From the NCBI GenBank assembly GCA_031554185.1, contig JAVBKE010000091.1:1-57275 (forward strand): a stretch of DNA of 57,275 nucleotides. Direction: 5' to 3'. This DNA comes from Bacillales bacterium. Its GTDB lineage: Bacteria; Bacillota; Bacilli; JARBTR01. Of the stretch, positions 28,920 through 39,642 are shown one piece after another. Below the pieces are notes generated by a model. That model made no database searches. It saw only the letters and a list, made by a program, of their open reading frames with translations, and was not told the origin of the DNA. Made by a program: the position numbers and the translations under genes. The first letter of the stretch is position 1; every line of letters begins with the position of its first letter.

Positions 28920-29183
28920 ATGTTGAAATCAAGAAATGAATTTGCAACAGATGCAGAGTATAAGCAATACACACGATCGTCCGAATTTATGAAAACCTAT
29001 AAGGTTTTTGGGAAGTCGTCTACTGAAATTCAACGGGAAATGTGTTTTCCAGAAAATTGGATGAATTTCTTGGATGCAGCAGTGAAGTTTGTTCATGAAC
29101 AACCAAATGCAAAAGAATATACTGCTTATGACATGTTTGAACTGGTTGATGAAGTTATGGAATATTATTTGAAAGGGATCTAG
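28920..29183 (+). CDS. Small hypothetical protein (87 aa)
   Basis: Protein-like ORF from MLKSRNEF, divergent from the LCP gene; weak RBS. Confidence 0.55.
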   Translation: MLKSRNEFATDAEYKQYTRSSEFMKTYKVFGKSSTEIQREMCFPENWMNFLDAAVKFVHEQPNAKEYTAYDMFELVDEVMEYYLKGI

Positions 29184-29445
29184 TTTTCCCTTTTATCGAA
29201 GTTTAATTCTCTAACTAAGAATACAAGATGAAGAACAGTTTTTTTCTGTTCTTTTTTTGCATGCCTAGGAAGTTTTTATAAAGGGTACTTTTTTATCGTA
29301 TCTTTGATTGTATAAAATATTTGTCGAATGTCAAGGGTAAAAATTCCTATTTAACTACCAGATATAGCGTTTGTCGGTTCTTGTTAGTTATTGTTAAATA
29401 CTGGTTGTAAATTAACTTGTATGATCAGCAGGCAGAATTTTTGAA

Positions 29446-29500
29446 TTTACAAGAACGTATATTCGTGTTATGATTCGCATATAATAAGAACAAGCATTCG
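29446..29500 (+). promoter_or_regulatory. sigmaA promoter with two LexA (Cheo) boxes
   Basis: TTTACA-17-TATGAT with extended TG; AGAACGTATATTCG (29452-29465) in the spacer and AGAACAAGCATTCG (29487-29500) downstream, versus consensus CGAACRNRYGTTCG. Confidence 0.8.
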
Positions 29501-29541
29501 CTTTTTGGTGAAAGATGAAATATGATAAGGGTGCAAAGAAG

Positions 29542-30813
29542 ATGATTAATTATGAAGAACTGCCTAATGGAGAGATTATTTGCGTAGATATGCGCTCGTT
29601 TTACGCAAGTTGTAGCTGTGTCATGTTGGGGATTGACCCGATGAAAGCTCATTTGGTAGTTGCTGGTAGTTTGAATCATAAGGGGAGTGTTGTTTTAGCA
29701 GCCTCTCCTATGATGAAAAAAGAATTTGGCATTAAAACGGGTTCCCGTCTTTTTGAGATACCAAAAGATAGACGAATTGTCATTGTCGAGCCTAAGATGG
29801 CGACTTATCAGCGGATTTCTGCTGAAATTAGTCGTTTGTTTAATCGCTATGCACCGAAAGATGATATTTACATTTACAGTGTTGATGAAGCCTTCATTAA
29901 TCTGGGTGGTTCAGGACATTTATTGGGTAGTGTCGAGGAAGTTTCTAAACAAATTAAGCAGGATATTCTGAGGGAATTTGGGCTGACCTGTTGCATTGGA
30001 ATTGGTCCGAATATGCTACTCGCGAAAGTAGCATTAGATGTGGATGCCAAACGTTTTGATGGTCACATCGCCAGATGGCATTATCAAGACGTCCCAGCAA
30101 AGTTGTGGCCGATTTCTCCGCTGAGTGAGATGTGGGGAATTGGATCTCGGATGGAAAAACGGTTAAATGATCTTGGGATTTTCAGTATGGGGGAGATTGC
30201 TAATGCTGATTTGAAACTGTTAGAGAAGAAGTTTGGGGTGATGGGGAAGCAGTTGTTTTACCATGCTTGGGGTGTTGATCATTCAGAAATCGGGACGCCG
30301 ATTACACCGAAAAGCCACAGTATTGGCAATAGCCAAATGTTGATGCGTGATTTTTATGCGCTTGATGAAATTAAAGTGGCTATTTTGGAAATGTGTGAAG
30401 AGGTGGCATCACGGACGAGACGGCGCCGAGCAGTTGGTAGGACAATTAGTCTTGGCCTACTCTATAATCGCAAGATGAACCACAAAGGTTTTTATCGTTC
30501 GCACACAATCGATCATCTGACCAATGTTACCTTAGAAATTTATCAGGTTTGTGTCAGGTTGTTAGAGCAGCATCATACGGAAGGTTTGGCTGTTCGAAAG
30601 ATTTTTGTCAGGTTATCAAATGTGGAGGCGGATTCAGGTATATTTCAGCTCGATTTATTTGATGACAAAAGTTATAAGCGCAGGGATATTGGCTTTGCGA
30701 TGGATCAAGTTCGGCTACGTTACGGGAAAAATTCGCTACTAAGAGCGGTCTCAGCAACTAAACACGCGACTGCTAGGTACCGAAATGGTTTAATCGGCGG
30801 GCATAAAGCATAA
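29542..30813 (+). CDS. Y-family (UmuC/UvrX/YqjW-like) DNA polymerase
   Basis: CVDMRSFYAS, YSVDEAF, IGIGPNMLLAK, MWGIG, QLDLF clamp-binding motif; start behind AAGGGTG. Confidence 0.95.
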   Translation: MINYEELPNGEIICVDMRSFYASCSCVMLGIDPMKAHLVVAGSLNHKGSVVLAASPMMKKEFGIKTGSRLFEIPKDRRIVIVEPKMATYQRISAEISRLFNRYAPKDDIYIYSVDEAFINLGGSGHLLGSVEEVSKQIKQDILREFGLTCCIGIGPNMLLAKVALDVDAKRFDGHIARWHYQDVPAKLWPISPLSEMWGIGSRMEKRLNDLGIFSMGEIANADLKLLEKKFGVMGKQLFYHAWGVDHSEIGTPITPKSHSIGNSQMLMRDFYALDEIKVAILEMCEEVASRTRRRRAVGRTISLGLLYNRKMNHKGFYRSHTIDHLTNVTLEIYQVCVRLLEQHHTEGLAVRKIFVRLSNVEADSGIFQLDLFDDKSYKRRDIGFAMDQVRLRYGKNSLLRAVSATKHATARYRNGLIGGHKA

Positions 30814-30899
30814 AAAGGAAACTATAACTCGAAACGAATGCTGCGCACTTGAGTGTACGATGGCATCGTATTTTAACTAACTATATAGTGAGGTGAGAA

Positions 30900-31256
30900 A
30901 TGATGAAGGATCGCGGTCTCATAAAATGGTCTGTCTTTATGACGCCAGAGCATAATCGGTTGCTAGAGGATTGGTACTCTGAAGATGGCTACGAGGAACG
31001 GATCGAACTGTCAGAAGAACAGATTGAGGAAATCGAACAAACGGTTCATGAGGCGCTGATGTCGCAGATCGCTATTTTGATTGAATATTATCAGCCAGCT
31101 ACTCATGTATATGGCCAAGTTTGTTGTAAGGTACTGAGTTGTGATGGGATTGACCAAACACTTCGAGTGATCAATCAGACGACTGGGAACAAAGAGACGA
31201 TCAATTTGCATGATATTCATAAAGTAGAATTTGTGGAGCGGATGTGGGATTGGTGA
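30900..31256 (+). CDS. YolD-like protein
   Basis: MKDRGLIKW..MTPEH..LL..W...ELSEEQIEEI; typical partner of UvrX/YqjW. Confidence 0.9.
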   Translation: MMKDRGLIKWSVFMTPEHNRLLEDWYSEDGYEERIELSEEQIEEIEQTVHEALMSQIAILIEYYQPATHVYGQVCCKVLSCDGIDQTLRVINQTTGNKETINLHDIHKVEFVERMWDW

Positions 31257-31669
31257 AATGGACAGATGAAGAACGAGATCAATTGGAATTAGGGCTATAT
31301 TTGCCTATCATGTTAACGCTTATTGAGGTAGATAAAAAGGTATTAGCGAATTCTACGCTAAAAATCAAAGAGCCTTATTTACTGCTTCTGGAGCAAGTGA
31401 GCCAGCTAGCCCATCATCAGCTTTATCAGATTAAGAAGACGATGATGAAAAATCGCTTGAAGGTGGTGGAGATGGAACGAGATGACTTATTTACAACCTA
31501 CGCTTTCATTGTACGCGGCTATGAAACAAGGCATCGTTATTTTAATGCGCATATTAGAAATAAAGTACAGCAAATGCTCAATGAGTACTTCTTACATGCA
31601 ACTAAAGCACCTGCTAAAAAGGTTGAAAGATCTGCGCCCATGGTTGATATATCAAATCGAAGTTCATGA
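31244..31669 (+). CDS. YhjD-like protein
   Basis: LYLPIMLTLIEVD...LKIKEPYL...FTTYAFIVRGYE..HRYFN..IRNKV; overlaps the yolD-like stop; start may be GTG 31253. Confidence 0.7.
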   Translation: MGLVKWTDEERDQLELGLYLPIMLTLIEVDKKVLANSTLKIKEPYLLLLEQVSQLAHHQLYQIKKTMMKNRLKVVEMERDDLFTTYAFIVRGYETRHRYFNAHIRNKVQQMLNEYFLHATKAPAKKVERSAPMVDISNRSS

Positions 31670-31817
31670 TAAGGAAACTTGTGTAGTGTGCATTTTCAGA
31701 TCAAATTTTCACAATAAATCAGCTTCTAGTTTATTTGAAAAGGCGAAAAGTCCACCCGATAGGATCATTTGCACAATTATGTGACGTGTTCTAAGATAGA
31801 GGAGAACTTAATAACCG

Positions 31818-32762
31818 ATGACAGGGAGCTGGAAATCTATGAAGTCGATTGCCGATCTATTTAATTCCTCAATTGCCAAAACTGGAGCTGTTATAGCTGT
31901 TACCGTTGCAGAAGATGCGCATGTACTTGGTGCAGTACAGAAAGCATATCATCGCCAGATTGCTAATTTCATCTTGGTAGGAGACCGTACCAAGATAGAA
32001 CAGCTTGCGAGTGAATTGAAATTAGATCTTCGTCCGTTTGAAATCATTGATGAAAAGGATAGTGGGTCCGCTGCTAGATGTGCAGTCGAGCTAGTAAGAC
32101 AGGGAAGAGCCAACATTTTAATGAAGGGCTTGATCGATACAGCGATACTGATGAAAGCAGTGCTAGATCGCGAGAGAGGGATTAGAACAGAGAAGCGGCT
32201 CAGTCATATTGCTGTATTTGATGTGCCCAGTTATCATAAATTGCTATTTATTACAGATTCGGCAGTGAATGTGGCGCCGGATGTGAAGACAAAGAAAGAT
32301 ATTATACAAAATTCGATTGATGCTGTTCATGAATTGGGGATAGCTCAGCCGAAAGTAGCACTGGTTTGTGCGAAGGAAAAAGTGGATCAGAATATGCCGG
32401 TAACGGTTGAGTATCAGGAGCTCATGCGAATGCATCAAGCGGAAGAGATTACAGGTGGTATTATCGAAGGGCCATTCTCGCTAGATATTGCCGTTTCAAA
32501 AGAGGCAGCGATAACGAAAGGCATCAGTAGCCGTATTTCTGGTGATGTTGATATTCTGATGTGTCCGGATATTGAGGCGGGTAATATTCTCTATAAATCG
32601 CTCGCCTTCCTTGCAGGTGCACAGAATGGTGGTCTTGTGTTAGGTGCAAAAGCACCGATGATCGTGACTTCTCGTGCTGATTCAAGCGACAGTAAATTGA
32701 TTTCTATTGCGCTAGCGGTTTGTTTTACAAAAACAGAATCGCTTTCATCAGCTACGTATTAG
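31818..32762 (+). CDS. ptb: Phosphate butyryl/acetyltransferase
   Basis: VAVTVAED-type start, LMKGLIDT, LSHIAVF, TDSAVN..PD, GPFSLDIAVS, PDIEAGNILYK, TSRADS. Confidence 0.9.
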   Translation: MTGSWKSMKSIADLFNSSIAKTGAVIAVTVAEDAHVLGAVQKAYHRQIANFILVGDRTKIEQLASELKLDLRPFEIIDEKDSGSAARCAVELVRQGRANILMKGLIDTAILMKAVLDRERGIRTEKRLSHIAVFDVPSYHKLLFITDSAVNVAPDVKTKKDIIQNSIDAVHELGIAQPKVALVCAKEKVDQNMPVTVEYQELMRMHQAEEITGGIIEGPFSLDIAVSKEAAITKGISSRISGDVDILMCPDIEAGNILYKSLAFLAGAQNGGLVLGAKAPMIVTSRADSSDSKLISIALAVCFTKTESLSSATY

Positions 32763-32930
32763 TTTTTCGAAAAGAAGTGATTACTATTGATAGGCATAAT
32801 AGGATTGTTACTAATATTTTATTTGGTAACAATTTTTTAATTGGATCTCAAAAATGTACATAATGAGGCGAGCGATGACACCTGTCTATTGATTGCGATT
32901 CCGCCCTGAAATTACCTATTATATTTTCGT

Positions 32931-32958
32931 TTGCAGATTGGTAAAGATACTGTATAAT
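32931..32958 (+). promoter_or_regulatory. Putative sigmaA promoter of potABCD
   Basis: TTGCAG-16-TATAAT. Confidence 0.6.
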
Positions 32959-33059
32959 GTCATTGTTAAAGTAAACAAAAAGTAATGTTATAGTAAACAC
33001 GGGGTTATAAAAAAGATGGTGTCCTCACGGTGCCATAGCCACCTGGGGGAGGATGCGCA

Positions 33060-34166
33060 ATGTCTAGTCATACAATTATACGCTTTGAAAATGTAACACA
33101 ACAATTTGGTCAGGACACAGTTGTACTAAATGATATTAATTTTGAGGTGGAACGTGGGAAATTTTACACGTTACTCGGGCCTTCTGGTTGTGGGAAAACA
33201 ACGATTCTTCGATTAATAGCTGGTTTTCTTCAGCCTTCAAGCGGGAAAATATTGATTAATGATAAGGAAATGAATAAAGTAGCTGCTAATCACAGGCAGG
33301 TTAATACTGTTTTTCAGGATTACGCTCTGTTTCCTCATCTTAATGTATTTGAAAATGTAGCCTTTGGTCTACGGATTAAGAAGTTGAAAAATGATTTGAT
33401 TAAGCAAAAGGTTGAACAAGCATTAAAGTTTGTCAATCTTACAGGTTACGAGAAGCGGGAAATTTATGAAATGTCAGGTGGGCAGAAGCAGCGCGTAGCG
33501 ATTGCCCGGGCAATTGTTAATGAGCCGGAAGTGATTCTGCTTGATGAACCACTTTCAGCGCTTGATTTGAAATTGCGGACTGAAATGCAATATGAATTGC
33601 GTGATTTACAAAAGAGACTAGGTATCACATTTATTTTTGTCACACATGATCAAGAGGAAGCATTGGCAATGTCTGATGAGATTTTCGTTATAAATGGCGG
33701 GAAGATTGAGCAAAGTGGGACGCCAATGGATATATATGATGAGCCAATCAATCGGTTTGTGGCTGATTTTATCGGTGAGTCAAATATTGTCTCAGCAAAG
33801 GTGATTCATGACTATCTTGTCGAGTTTGCTGGAAAGCGCTTTGATTGTGTCGACGGCGGTTTTAATCAGGGTGAGGCAGTCGAGATTGTAATTCGGCCAG
33901 AAGATTTAGAAATCACTTCGACTGACAAAGGGAAACTTAAAGTGCGTGTTGATTCACAGTTGTTTCGCGGGGTCCACTTTGAGATCTGTTGCTATGATGA
34001 GTTTGAGAATGAGTGGCTTGTCCATTCCACAAAACAAGCTGTTGTAGGCGATGAAATCGGGCTTTACTTTGATCCAGAGGCAATCCATGTGATGCGTTTA
34101 AATGAATCCGAAGAGGATTTCGATAAGCGGATTGAGGAATTTACTGAGGTAAGTGAAGATGAGTAG
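33060..34166 (+). CDS. potA: Spermidine/putrescine ABC transporter ATPase
   Basis: [38 protein letters not shown]-terminus. Confidence 0.96.
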   Translation: MSSHTIIRFENVTQQFGQDTVVLNDINFEVERGKFYTLLGPSGCGKTTILRLIAGFLQPSSGKILINDKEMNKVAANHRQVNTVFQDYALFPHLNVFENVAFGLRIKKLKNDLIKQKVEQALKFVNLTGYEKREIYEMSGGQKQRVAIARAIVNEPEVILLDEPLSALDLKLRTEMQYELRDLQKRLGITFIFVTHDQEEALAMSDEIFVINGGKIEQSGTPMDIYDEPINRFVADFIGESNIVSAKVIHDYLVEFAGKRFDCVDGGFNQGEAVEIVIRPEDLEITSTDKGKLKVRVDSQLFRGVHFEICCYDEFENEWLVHSTKQAVVGDEIGLYFDPEAIHVMRLNESEEDFDKRIEEFTEVSEDE

Positions 34167-34965
34167 TGCGCGCAAGTTTTTTCTCATCCCATATGTCATG
34201 TGGATTGGTTTGTTTGTTGTGGCACCAATCGCTTTAATTGTCTATAGTTCATTTTATGATATTGAGCACCATTTTACACTCAATAACTATGTTCGTTTCT
34301 TCGATCCTGTCTATTTAAAAATGACATTGAATTCGTTTTGGTATGCATTCTTGATCACATTTTTCTCGTTAGCGATTGCATTTCCAACTGCTTACTTACT
34401 CACGAAGACGAAACATAAGCAGCTGTGGTTGTTATTGATCATTTTACCGACCTGGATTAATTTGTTGCTAAAAACGTATGCGTTTATTGGGCTTTTTGCA
34501 ACAAATGGAACGGTCAATGACTTCCTAGAATTCATTGGCGTTGGCACGAAACAAATATTATTTACTGATTTCAGTTTTATTGCGGTATCTGTTTATATTT
34601 TTATTCCGTTTATGATATTACCGATTTTTCACTCGCTTGAGGAGATCAATCCTTCTCTTGTCTATGCAGCACAGGATTTAGGAGCTGATCGCCGAACGAT
34701 TTTTCGCCGCGTGATTTTGCCGCTTACGACTGATGGCATTAAAGCAGGTTGTATTGCGGTATATATTCCAGCCTTATCGCTGTTTATGATTACACGTCTG
34801 ATTGCTGGGAACCGCGTGATTACACTTGGGACTGCGATTGAGCAACATTTTCTTGTCACGCAGGACTGGGGGATGGGTTCGACGATCGCTGTGTTCTTGA
34901 CGATTGCGATGGTTGTCATCATGCTTTTAACGGGCACTAAGAAACCAGGAGGTGGCCACCGATGA
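34159..34965 (+). CDS. potB: Spermidine/putrescine ABC permease
   Basis: [15 protein letters not shown]-like AAQDLGA; operon position. Confidence 0.93.
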   Translation: MSSARKFFLIPYVMWIGLFVVAPIALIVYSSFYDIEHHFTLNNYVRFFDPVYLKMTLNSFWYAFLITFFSLAIAFPTAYLLTKTKHKQLWLLLIILPTWINLLLKTYAFIGLFATNGTVNDFLEFIGVGTKQILFTDFSFIAVSVYIFIPFMILPIFHSLEEINPSLVYAAQDLGADRRTIFRRVILPLTTDGIKAGCIAVYIPALSLFMITRLIAGNRVITLGTAIEQHFLVTQDWGMGSTIAVFLTIAMVVIMLLTGTKKPGGGHR

Positions 34966-35759
34966 CAAAGAACAGTAAATGGGGCAACTTCTATCTGATT
35001 TTTATATTCATTCTACTGTATACACCAATTGCATATTTGATTTTTTACTCATTTAACGAAGCTGGAAATATGACAGAATTCACTGGATTTACGCTGGATT
35101 GGTATAAGGATGTTTTTCACGATACAAGATTGTTGATTATTGTTTTAAATACAGTTGTGATTGCGCTACTGTCAGCGCTTATGTCGACAATTCTTGGCAT
35201 ATTTGGTGCGCTGTCAATTTATTTTGCCAAGACAAGAAAATCGAAGAATACACTATTGTCGCTGAATAATGTGTTAATTGTCAGTCCAGATGTGATTATT
35301 GGTGCATCGTTTCTGATTCTGTTCACGATGCTGGGGATTAAATTGGGTTTTGCATCTGTGCTGATTGCACATATTGCTTTTGGTGTACCAATTGTGGTCA
35401 TCATGATTTTGCCGAGATTGAACGAAATGAGTCCGACTTTGATAGATGCAGCACTCGATTTGGGTGCAAATCGTTGGAGTGTGTTGACAAAAGTAATTCT
35501 TCCATTCATATCTTCTGGGGTCTTCGCTGGATTTTTCCTAGCATTAACGTACTCCCTAGATGATTTTGCAGTGACATTTTTTGTTACTGGAAACGGGTTC
35601 TCGACATTATCTGTAGAAATTTATTCTCTGGCGCGGAGAGGGATTTCGTTGAACATCAATGCGCTTTCGACAATTTTGTTTGTGATTACCTTAACGATTG
35701 TTCTCGGGTTCTATTTTATCGAGCAACGTAAAAGAAATCGAATTGGGGTGAGGAAATGA
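34962..35759 (+). CDS. potC: Spermidine/putrescine ABC permease
   Basis: LIFYSFN, AALDLGA, SLDDFAVTFF; operon position. Confidence 0.93.
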   Translation: MTKNSKWGNFYLIFIFILLYTPIAYLIFYSFNEAGNMTEFTGFTLDWYKDVFHDTRLLIIVLNTVVIALLSALMSTILGIFGALSIYFAKTRKSKNTLLSLNNVLIVSPDVIIGASFLILFTMLGIKLGFASVLIAHIAFGVPIVVIMILPRLNEMSPTLIDAALDLGANRWSVLTKVILPFISSGVFAGFFLALTYSLDDFAVTFFVTGNGFSTLSVEIYSLARRGISLNINALSTILFVITLTIVLGFYFIEQRKRNRIGVRK

Positions 35760-36829
35760 AAAAGCTAGTCAATGCCTTTGTCATTATCGTCCTCGTATCA
35801 GCGGTTATGTTGGCCGAACTTCAGCGGTTAAATGCGGAAGAAGGGTACTCTGGTGATAATCTTTTAACCATTTTCAACTGGGGTGATTATATTGATCCAG
35901 ACTTAATTACACAATTCGAAGAAGAAACTGGTATTACGGTTATATATGAAACCTTTGACTCTAATGAGGCGATGTTAACGAAAATTGAACAGGGTGGTGC
36001 AAGTTATGATATCTGTGTGCCGTCTGAATACACGATTGCGAAGATGGTGGATGCTGATCTATTGCAGCCGATTGACCATTCGAAAATTCCGAATTTACGA
36101 TACATCGACAGTCGTTTTCTTGATTTATCATTTGATCCTGGGAATGTCTACTCGATTCCTTATTTTTGGGGAACTGTTGGGGTTATCTATAATACAGAAG
36201 TCCTTGGCGAGAGCGCAATTACGAGTTGGGACGATCTATGGGGTCCGGAGCTTGAGAATAACATTCTATTAATTGATGGAGCGCGCGAAATTATGGGGAT
36301 GTCTCTGAATAGCCTAGGATATTCGTTAAATGATACGAATAAGGATCACTTGATTGAGGCGAAGAAAAAATTAGATACGCTCATGCCAAATGTCAAGGCC
36401 ATCGTTGGTGATGAAATTAAAATGTTGATGAGCAATAATGAAGCGGCGGCCGCAGTTGTTTGGTCTGGCGATGCAGCTGAGATTATGGCTGAGAATGAGG
36501 ATATGGACTACGTCGTTCCTAGTGAAGGATCAAATCTCTGGTTTGATAATATGGTCATTCCTAAAAACGCTAAAAATGTAGATGCTGCTTACCAATTTAT
36601 TAATTTTATGCTTGAACCAGAGAATGCAGCGCAAAACGCTGAATATGTTGGTTATGCGACTCCAAATAAAGCGGCATTAGAATATATGGACGAAGAAATT
36701 GTCAATGATGAACGCTTTTATCCGCCTGAGGAAGTGACCAACAAACTAGAGGTTTACGAGGATATTGGCAAGAGAAACTTGGCATACTACAATGAACTAT
36801 TTTTACAATTTAAAATGCATACTAATTAA
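35756..36829 (+). CDS. potD: Spermidine/putrescine-binding protein
   Basis: FNWGDYIDPD, FDSNEAM, PYFWGTVG, WSGDA, WFDNMVIP. Confidence 0.95.
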   Translation: MKKLVNAFVIIVLVSAVMLAELQRLNAEEGYSGDNLLTIFNWGDYIDPDLITQFEEETGITVIYETFDSNEAMLTKIEQGGASYDICVPSEYTIAKMVDADLLQPIDHSKIPNLRYIDSRFLDLSFDPGNVYSIPYFWGTVGVIYNTEVLGESAITSWDDLWGPELENNILLIDGAREIMGMSLNSLGYSLNDTNKDHLIEAKKKLDTLMPNVKAIVGDEIKMLMSNNEAAAAVVWSGDAAEIMAENEDMDYVVPSEGSNLWFDNMVIPKNAKNVDAAYQFINFMLEPENAAQNAEYVGYATPNKAALEYMDEEIVNDERFYPPEEVTNKLEVYEDIGKRNLAYYNELFLQFKMHTN

Positions 36830-37015
36830 ATAATGGTGATCCCCACGATAGAGTTTAGAAAAAATGTTGGTTTCGAAAAAACGTACTTGTACCTTGCATT
36901 TTTAGACCTTTTTACATTCTGTCGTGGGGTTGTTTTAAAAAAAGAGACGAAATAATCCTTTTTTTTTGGTAGAATGAAATTTAAGACTCGATTTGTAGGT
37001 CTTACAACCTTTGCC

Positions 37016-37044
37016 TTGCAACCTTGAGGGAAGGGTATTATAAT
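37016..37044 (+). promoter_or_regulatory. Putative sigmaA promoter of ltaS
   Basis: TTGCAA-17-TATAAT. Confidence 0.7.
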
Positions 37045-37084
37045 CATACGATCATGTATGAATATCTAAAAAGGAAGACTAATT

Positions 37085-39103
37085 ATGCTACATTTTCTCA
37101 AATCAATTGTAAAAGAACCGCGAAAAACATTTAAACACTATAACTCAATTTTTGTGCTTGCTTTTTTCATGCTTTGGGCTAAGACCTTTATCGTTTATCT
37201 CACCCAATTTCAATTAGGTGTGGAAGGCTTTTTCCAATATTTTATTTTGTTTATTAACCCAATTAGTTCCTGCTTGTTTGTGGCTGCGATCTGCTTTTTC
37301 TTTAAGGGAAAAGGTCAGTATCGAACATTGCTCATTGGCTATACGATCACATCGATATGGCTTTATAGCAACATTGTGTATTATCGGTTTTTCAACGATT
37401 TTATCACAGTGCAAACGATGGCTTCAGGGCCGAGTAATGCTGGGCAACTAGGAGAGAGTATTGCTGGATTGATTTATCCACGTGATTTAATTTTCTTCCT
37501 GGATGTGTTCATTCTTTTCTTTATCGTAGCGAAAAAGAAGCTGCCAGTGATCATCAAAAACAACAAGAAAGCATTAAGACGCACGCTTTCTGCGGTCATC
37601 TGTGTTTTCCTCATTAACCTTGGGTTAGCAGAAATTGATCGTCCACAGTTATTGAAGCGTTCATTCGACCGTAACTACTTGGTTAAATATCTTGGTTTAT
37701 ATAACTTCGCCATTTATGATGTTGTTCAAACCTCGAAAACCGTCACGCAGCGAGCATTAGCTGACTCAAGTGATGTAACTGAAGTAGAAAATTATGTGAA
37801 TGCTAATTATGCAGAACCAAATCCAGAATACTTTGGTGCGCTAAAAGGGAAAAATGTATTTATGATTTCATTGGAGTCATTGCAGAACTTTGTCATTGAC
37901 TATGAACTCAATGGTGTTGAAGTAACACCATTTCTCAATTCATTAGCACATAGTGAAAACACATTATATTTTCCTAACTTTTTCCATCAAACTGGTCAAG
38001 GGAAAACATCAGATGCCGAGTTTATGATTGATACTGCTTTGTATCCAATGGCACAAGGTGCGGTTTATGTGAATAAATCAAACAGTGTGATGCAAGGGAT
38101 GCCAGCAATCTTAAGCCAAGAAGCTGGGTACTATACTTCAGCAATGCACGGGAACTATAAAACATTTTGGAATCGAAATGAAATGTATCGAACAATGGGT
38201 TATGATGATTTCTTCGATGCTGAATACTATGACATGACTGAAGAACATACGAAAAATTATGGGATGAAGGATGTTCCGTTCTTCGAAGAATCTGTGGAAA
38301 TTATTGATAAGTTTCCACAGCCATTCTATACCAAAATGATTACTTTATCGAATCACTTCCCATTCGGAATGGATCCAGAGGATACGACGTTCCCTGTAGG
38401 TGATTTTGGTGACGATGTAGTCAACCAATATTTCCAATCAGCTAATTATCTAGATCAATCGCTGCAAATGTTCTTTGAAGATTTAAAAGCGAAAGGGCTT
38501 TACGAAAACTCAGTGTTTGTTCTTTATGGAGATCATTACGGGCTTTCTGGCGCACATAACAAAGGAATGGCCAATGTGTTAGGCAAAGAAGAGATTACGC
38601 CGTTTGACGAGGCACAGTTGCAACGAACTGTCTTTATGATCCATTCACCGGGGCTAAAGGGTGGAATCAATGAAACTTATGTTGGTGAAACAGATATTCG
38701 TCCGACGCTGTTGCATTTGCTTGGAATCGATACAAGCGGCTACTTAGAAATGGGTACGGATATGCTATCACCTGAACATTTCCCAATCGTACCGTTTAGA
38801 AATGGCGATTTTGTAACAGAAGATTATACGTATATTGATGAAAAATTCTATGATAATAAAACGGGTCTTGAAATGGCAGAACCGCCTGAAGATGCTCAGA
38901 AGCTAATTGATGCATCTAAAGAAAAACTGTACATGTCAGATCAAATTATTAATAAAGACTTGTTGCGTTTCTATACGCCACCTGGATTTGAGCCAATTAA
39001 CCGTGAGGATTATAACTATCTGAAGCCATCACAAGCTGAAGTGGATGCTTACCGTTCAGTTGATCCAGACCGAGTGATTGAGAAAGATGAAGTGCCAAAA
39101 TAA
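37085..39103 (+). CDS. ltaS: Lipoteichoic acid synthase family protein
   Basis: Five N-terminal TMs, ISLESLQ, catalytic GQGKTSDAEF, HGNYKTFWNR, LSNHFPF, YGDHYG. Confidence 0.93.
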   Translation: MLHFLKSIVKEPRKTFKHYNSIFVLAFFMLWAKTFIVYLTQFQLGVEGFFQYFILFINPISSCLFVAAICFFFKGKGQYRTLLIGYTITSIWLYSNIVYYRFFNDFITVQTMASGPSNAGQLGESIAGLIYPRDLIFFLDVFILFFIVAKKKLPVIIKNNKKALRRTLSAVICVFLINLGLAEIDRPQLLKRSFDRNYLVKYLGLYNFAIYDVVQTSKTVTQRALADSSDVTEVENYVNANYAEPNPEYFGALKGKNVFMISLESLQNFVIDYELNGVEVTPFLNSLAHSENTLYFPNFFHQTGQGKTSDAEFMIDTALYPMAQGAVYVNKSNSVMQGMPAILSQEAGYYTSAMHGNYKTFWNRNEMYRTMGYDDFFDAEYYDMTEEHTKNYGMKDVPFFEESVEIIDKFPQPFYTKMITLSNHFPFGMDPEDTTFPVGDFGDDVVNQYFQSANYLDQSLQMFFEDLKAKGLYENSVFVLYGDHYGLSGAHNKGMANVLGKEEITPFDEAQLQRTVFMIHSPGLKGGINETYVGETDIRPTLLHLLGIDTSGYLEMGTDMLSPEHFPIVPFRNGDFVTEDYTYIDEKFYDNKTGLEMAEPPEDAQKLIDASKEKLYMSDQIINKDLLRFYTPPGFEPINREDYNYLKPSQAEVDAYRSVDPDRVIEKDEVPK

Positions 39104-39114
39104 ATTAGAAATGA

Positions 39115-39159
39115 GCCATCTCACCAGCCTGTTGTCAGGCTGTGAGGTGGCCTTTTCTT
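39115..39159 (+). terminator. Terminator after ltaS
   Basis: GCCATCTCACCAGCCTG / CAGGCTGTGAGGTGGC stem plus T-rich tail. Confidence 0.75.
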
Positions 39160-39567
39160 CGATGTTTGACAATCAGATATAAAATGGAGAAAAAACTTAC
39201 TATTTGAGAGAATTTATCGATGCTAAACTGGCCAGTCAATATCTTTTGACATATGTACACCATTGTAGTAGCATGAAAGATGTTTTAAAGTGGAATTATC
39301 CACTATTTAGAAGTAGTATCTGGGTTTTAAGGATGCGTTATCACCAACATTTGATGGCTGTGTCTGATTTCTTTGCTTATATGGCAAAGAAAAAATTTTT
39401 GCTAATAAGTTTAGTTCTACTTAACTTATTACTTAATAAAATAGACGCGTGGTGTAACTGTTTCACTTTGAAGGAAAACAGTGACTGCCGGTTGTATGCT
39501 TACTTTGTTAGGTGTGTTGGTATCTATTTTACTAGCTGAATTGCGGATTCGTGTTATGGAGTCGTGA

Positions 39568-39642
39568 ATGTCGGCAACTCTCAGTTCCCCCACAAGGGGG
39601 AACAGAATCATTGGACATTGTGGCATGCGCTCTACTAGTTAA
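39568..39642 (+). CDS. Putative leader peptide (24 aa) upstream of speA-speD
   Basis: GGAG-6 nt-ATG, MSATLSSPTRGNRIIGHCGMRSTS*; embedded in hairpins. Confidence 0.4.
   Translation: MSATLSSPTRGNRIIGHCGMRSTS

Noticed and set aside
39204-39539. 111-aa ORF between ltaS and speA
   Set aside because: TTG start without RBS, atypical composition and no motif; probably promoter-region DNA or an unrecognisable remnant.
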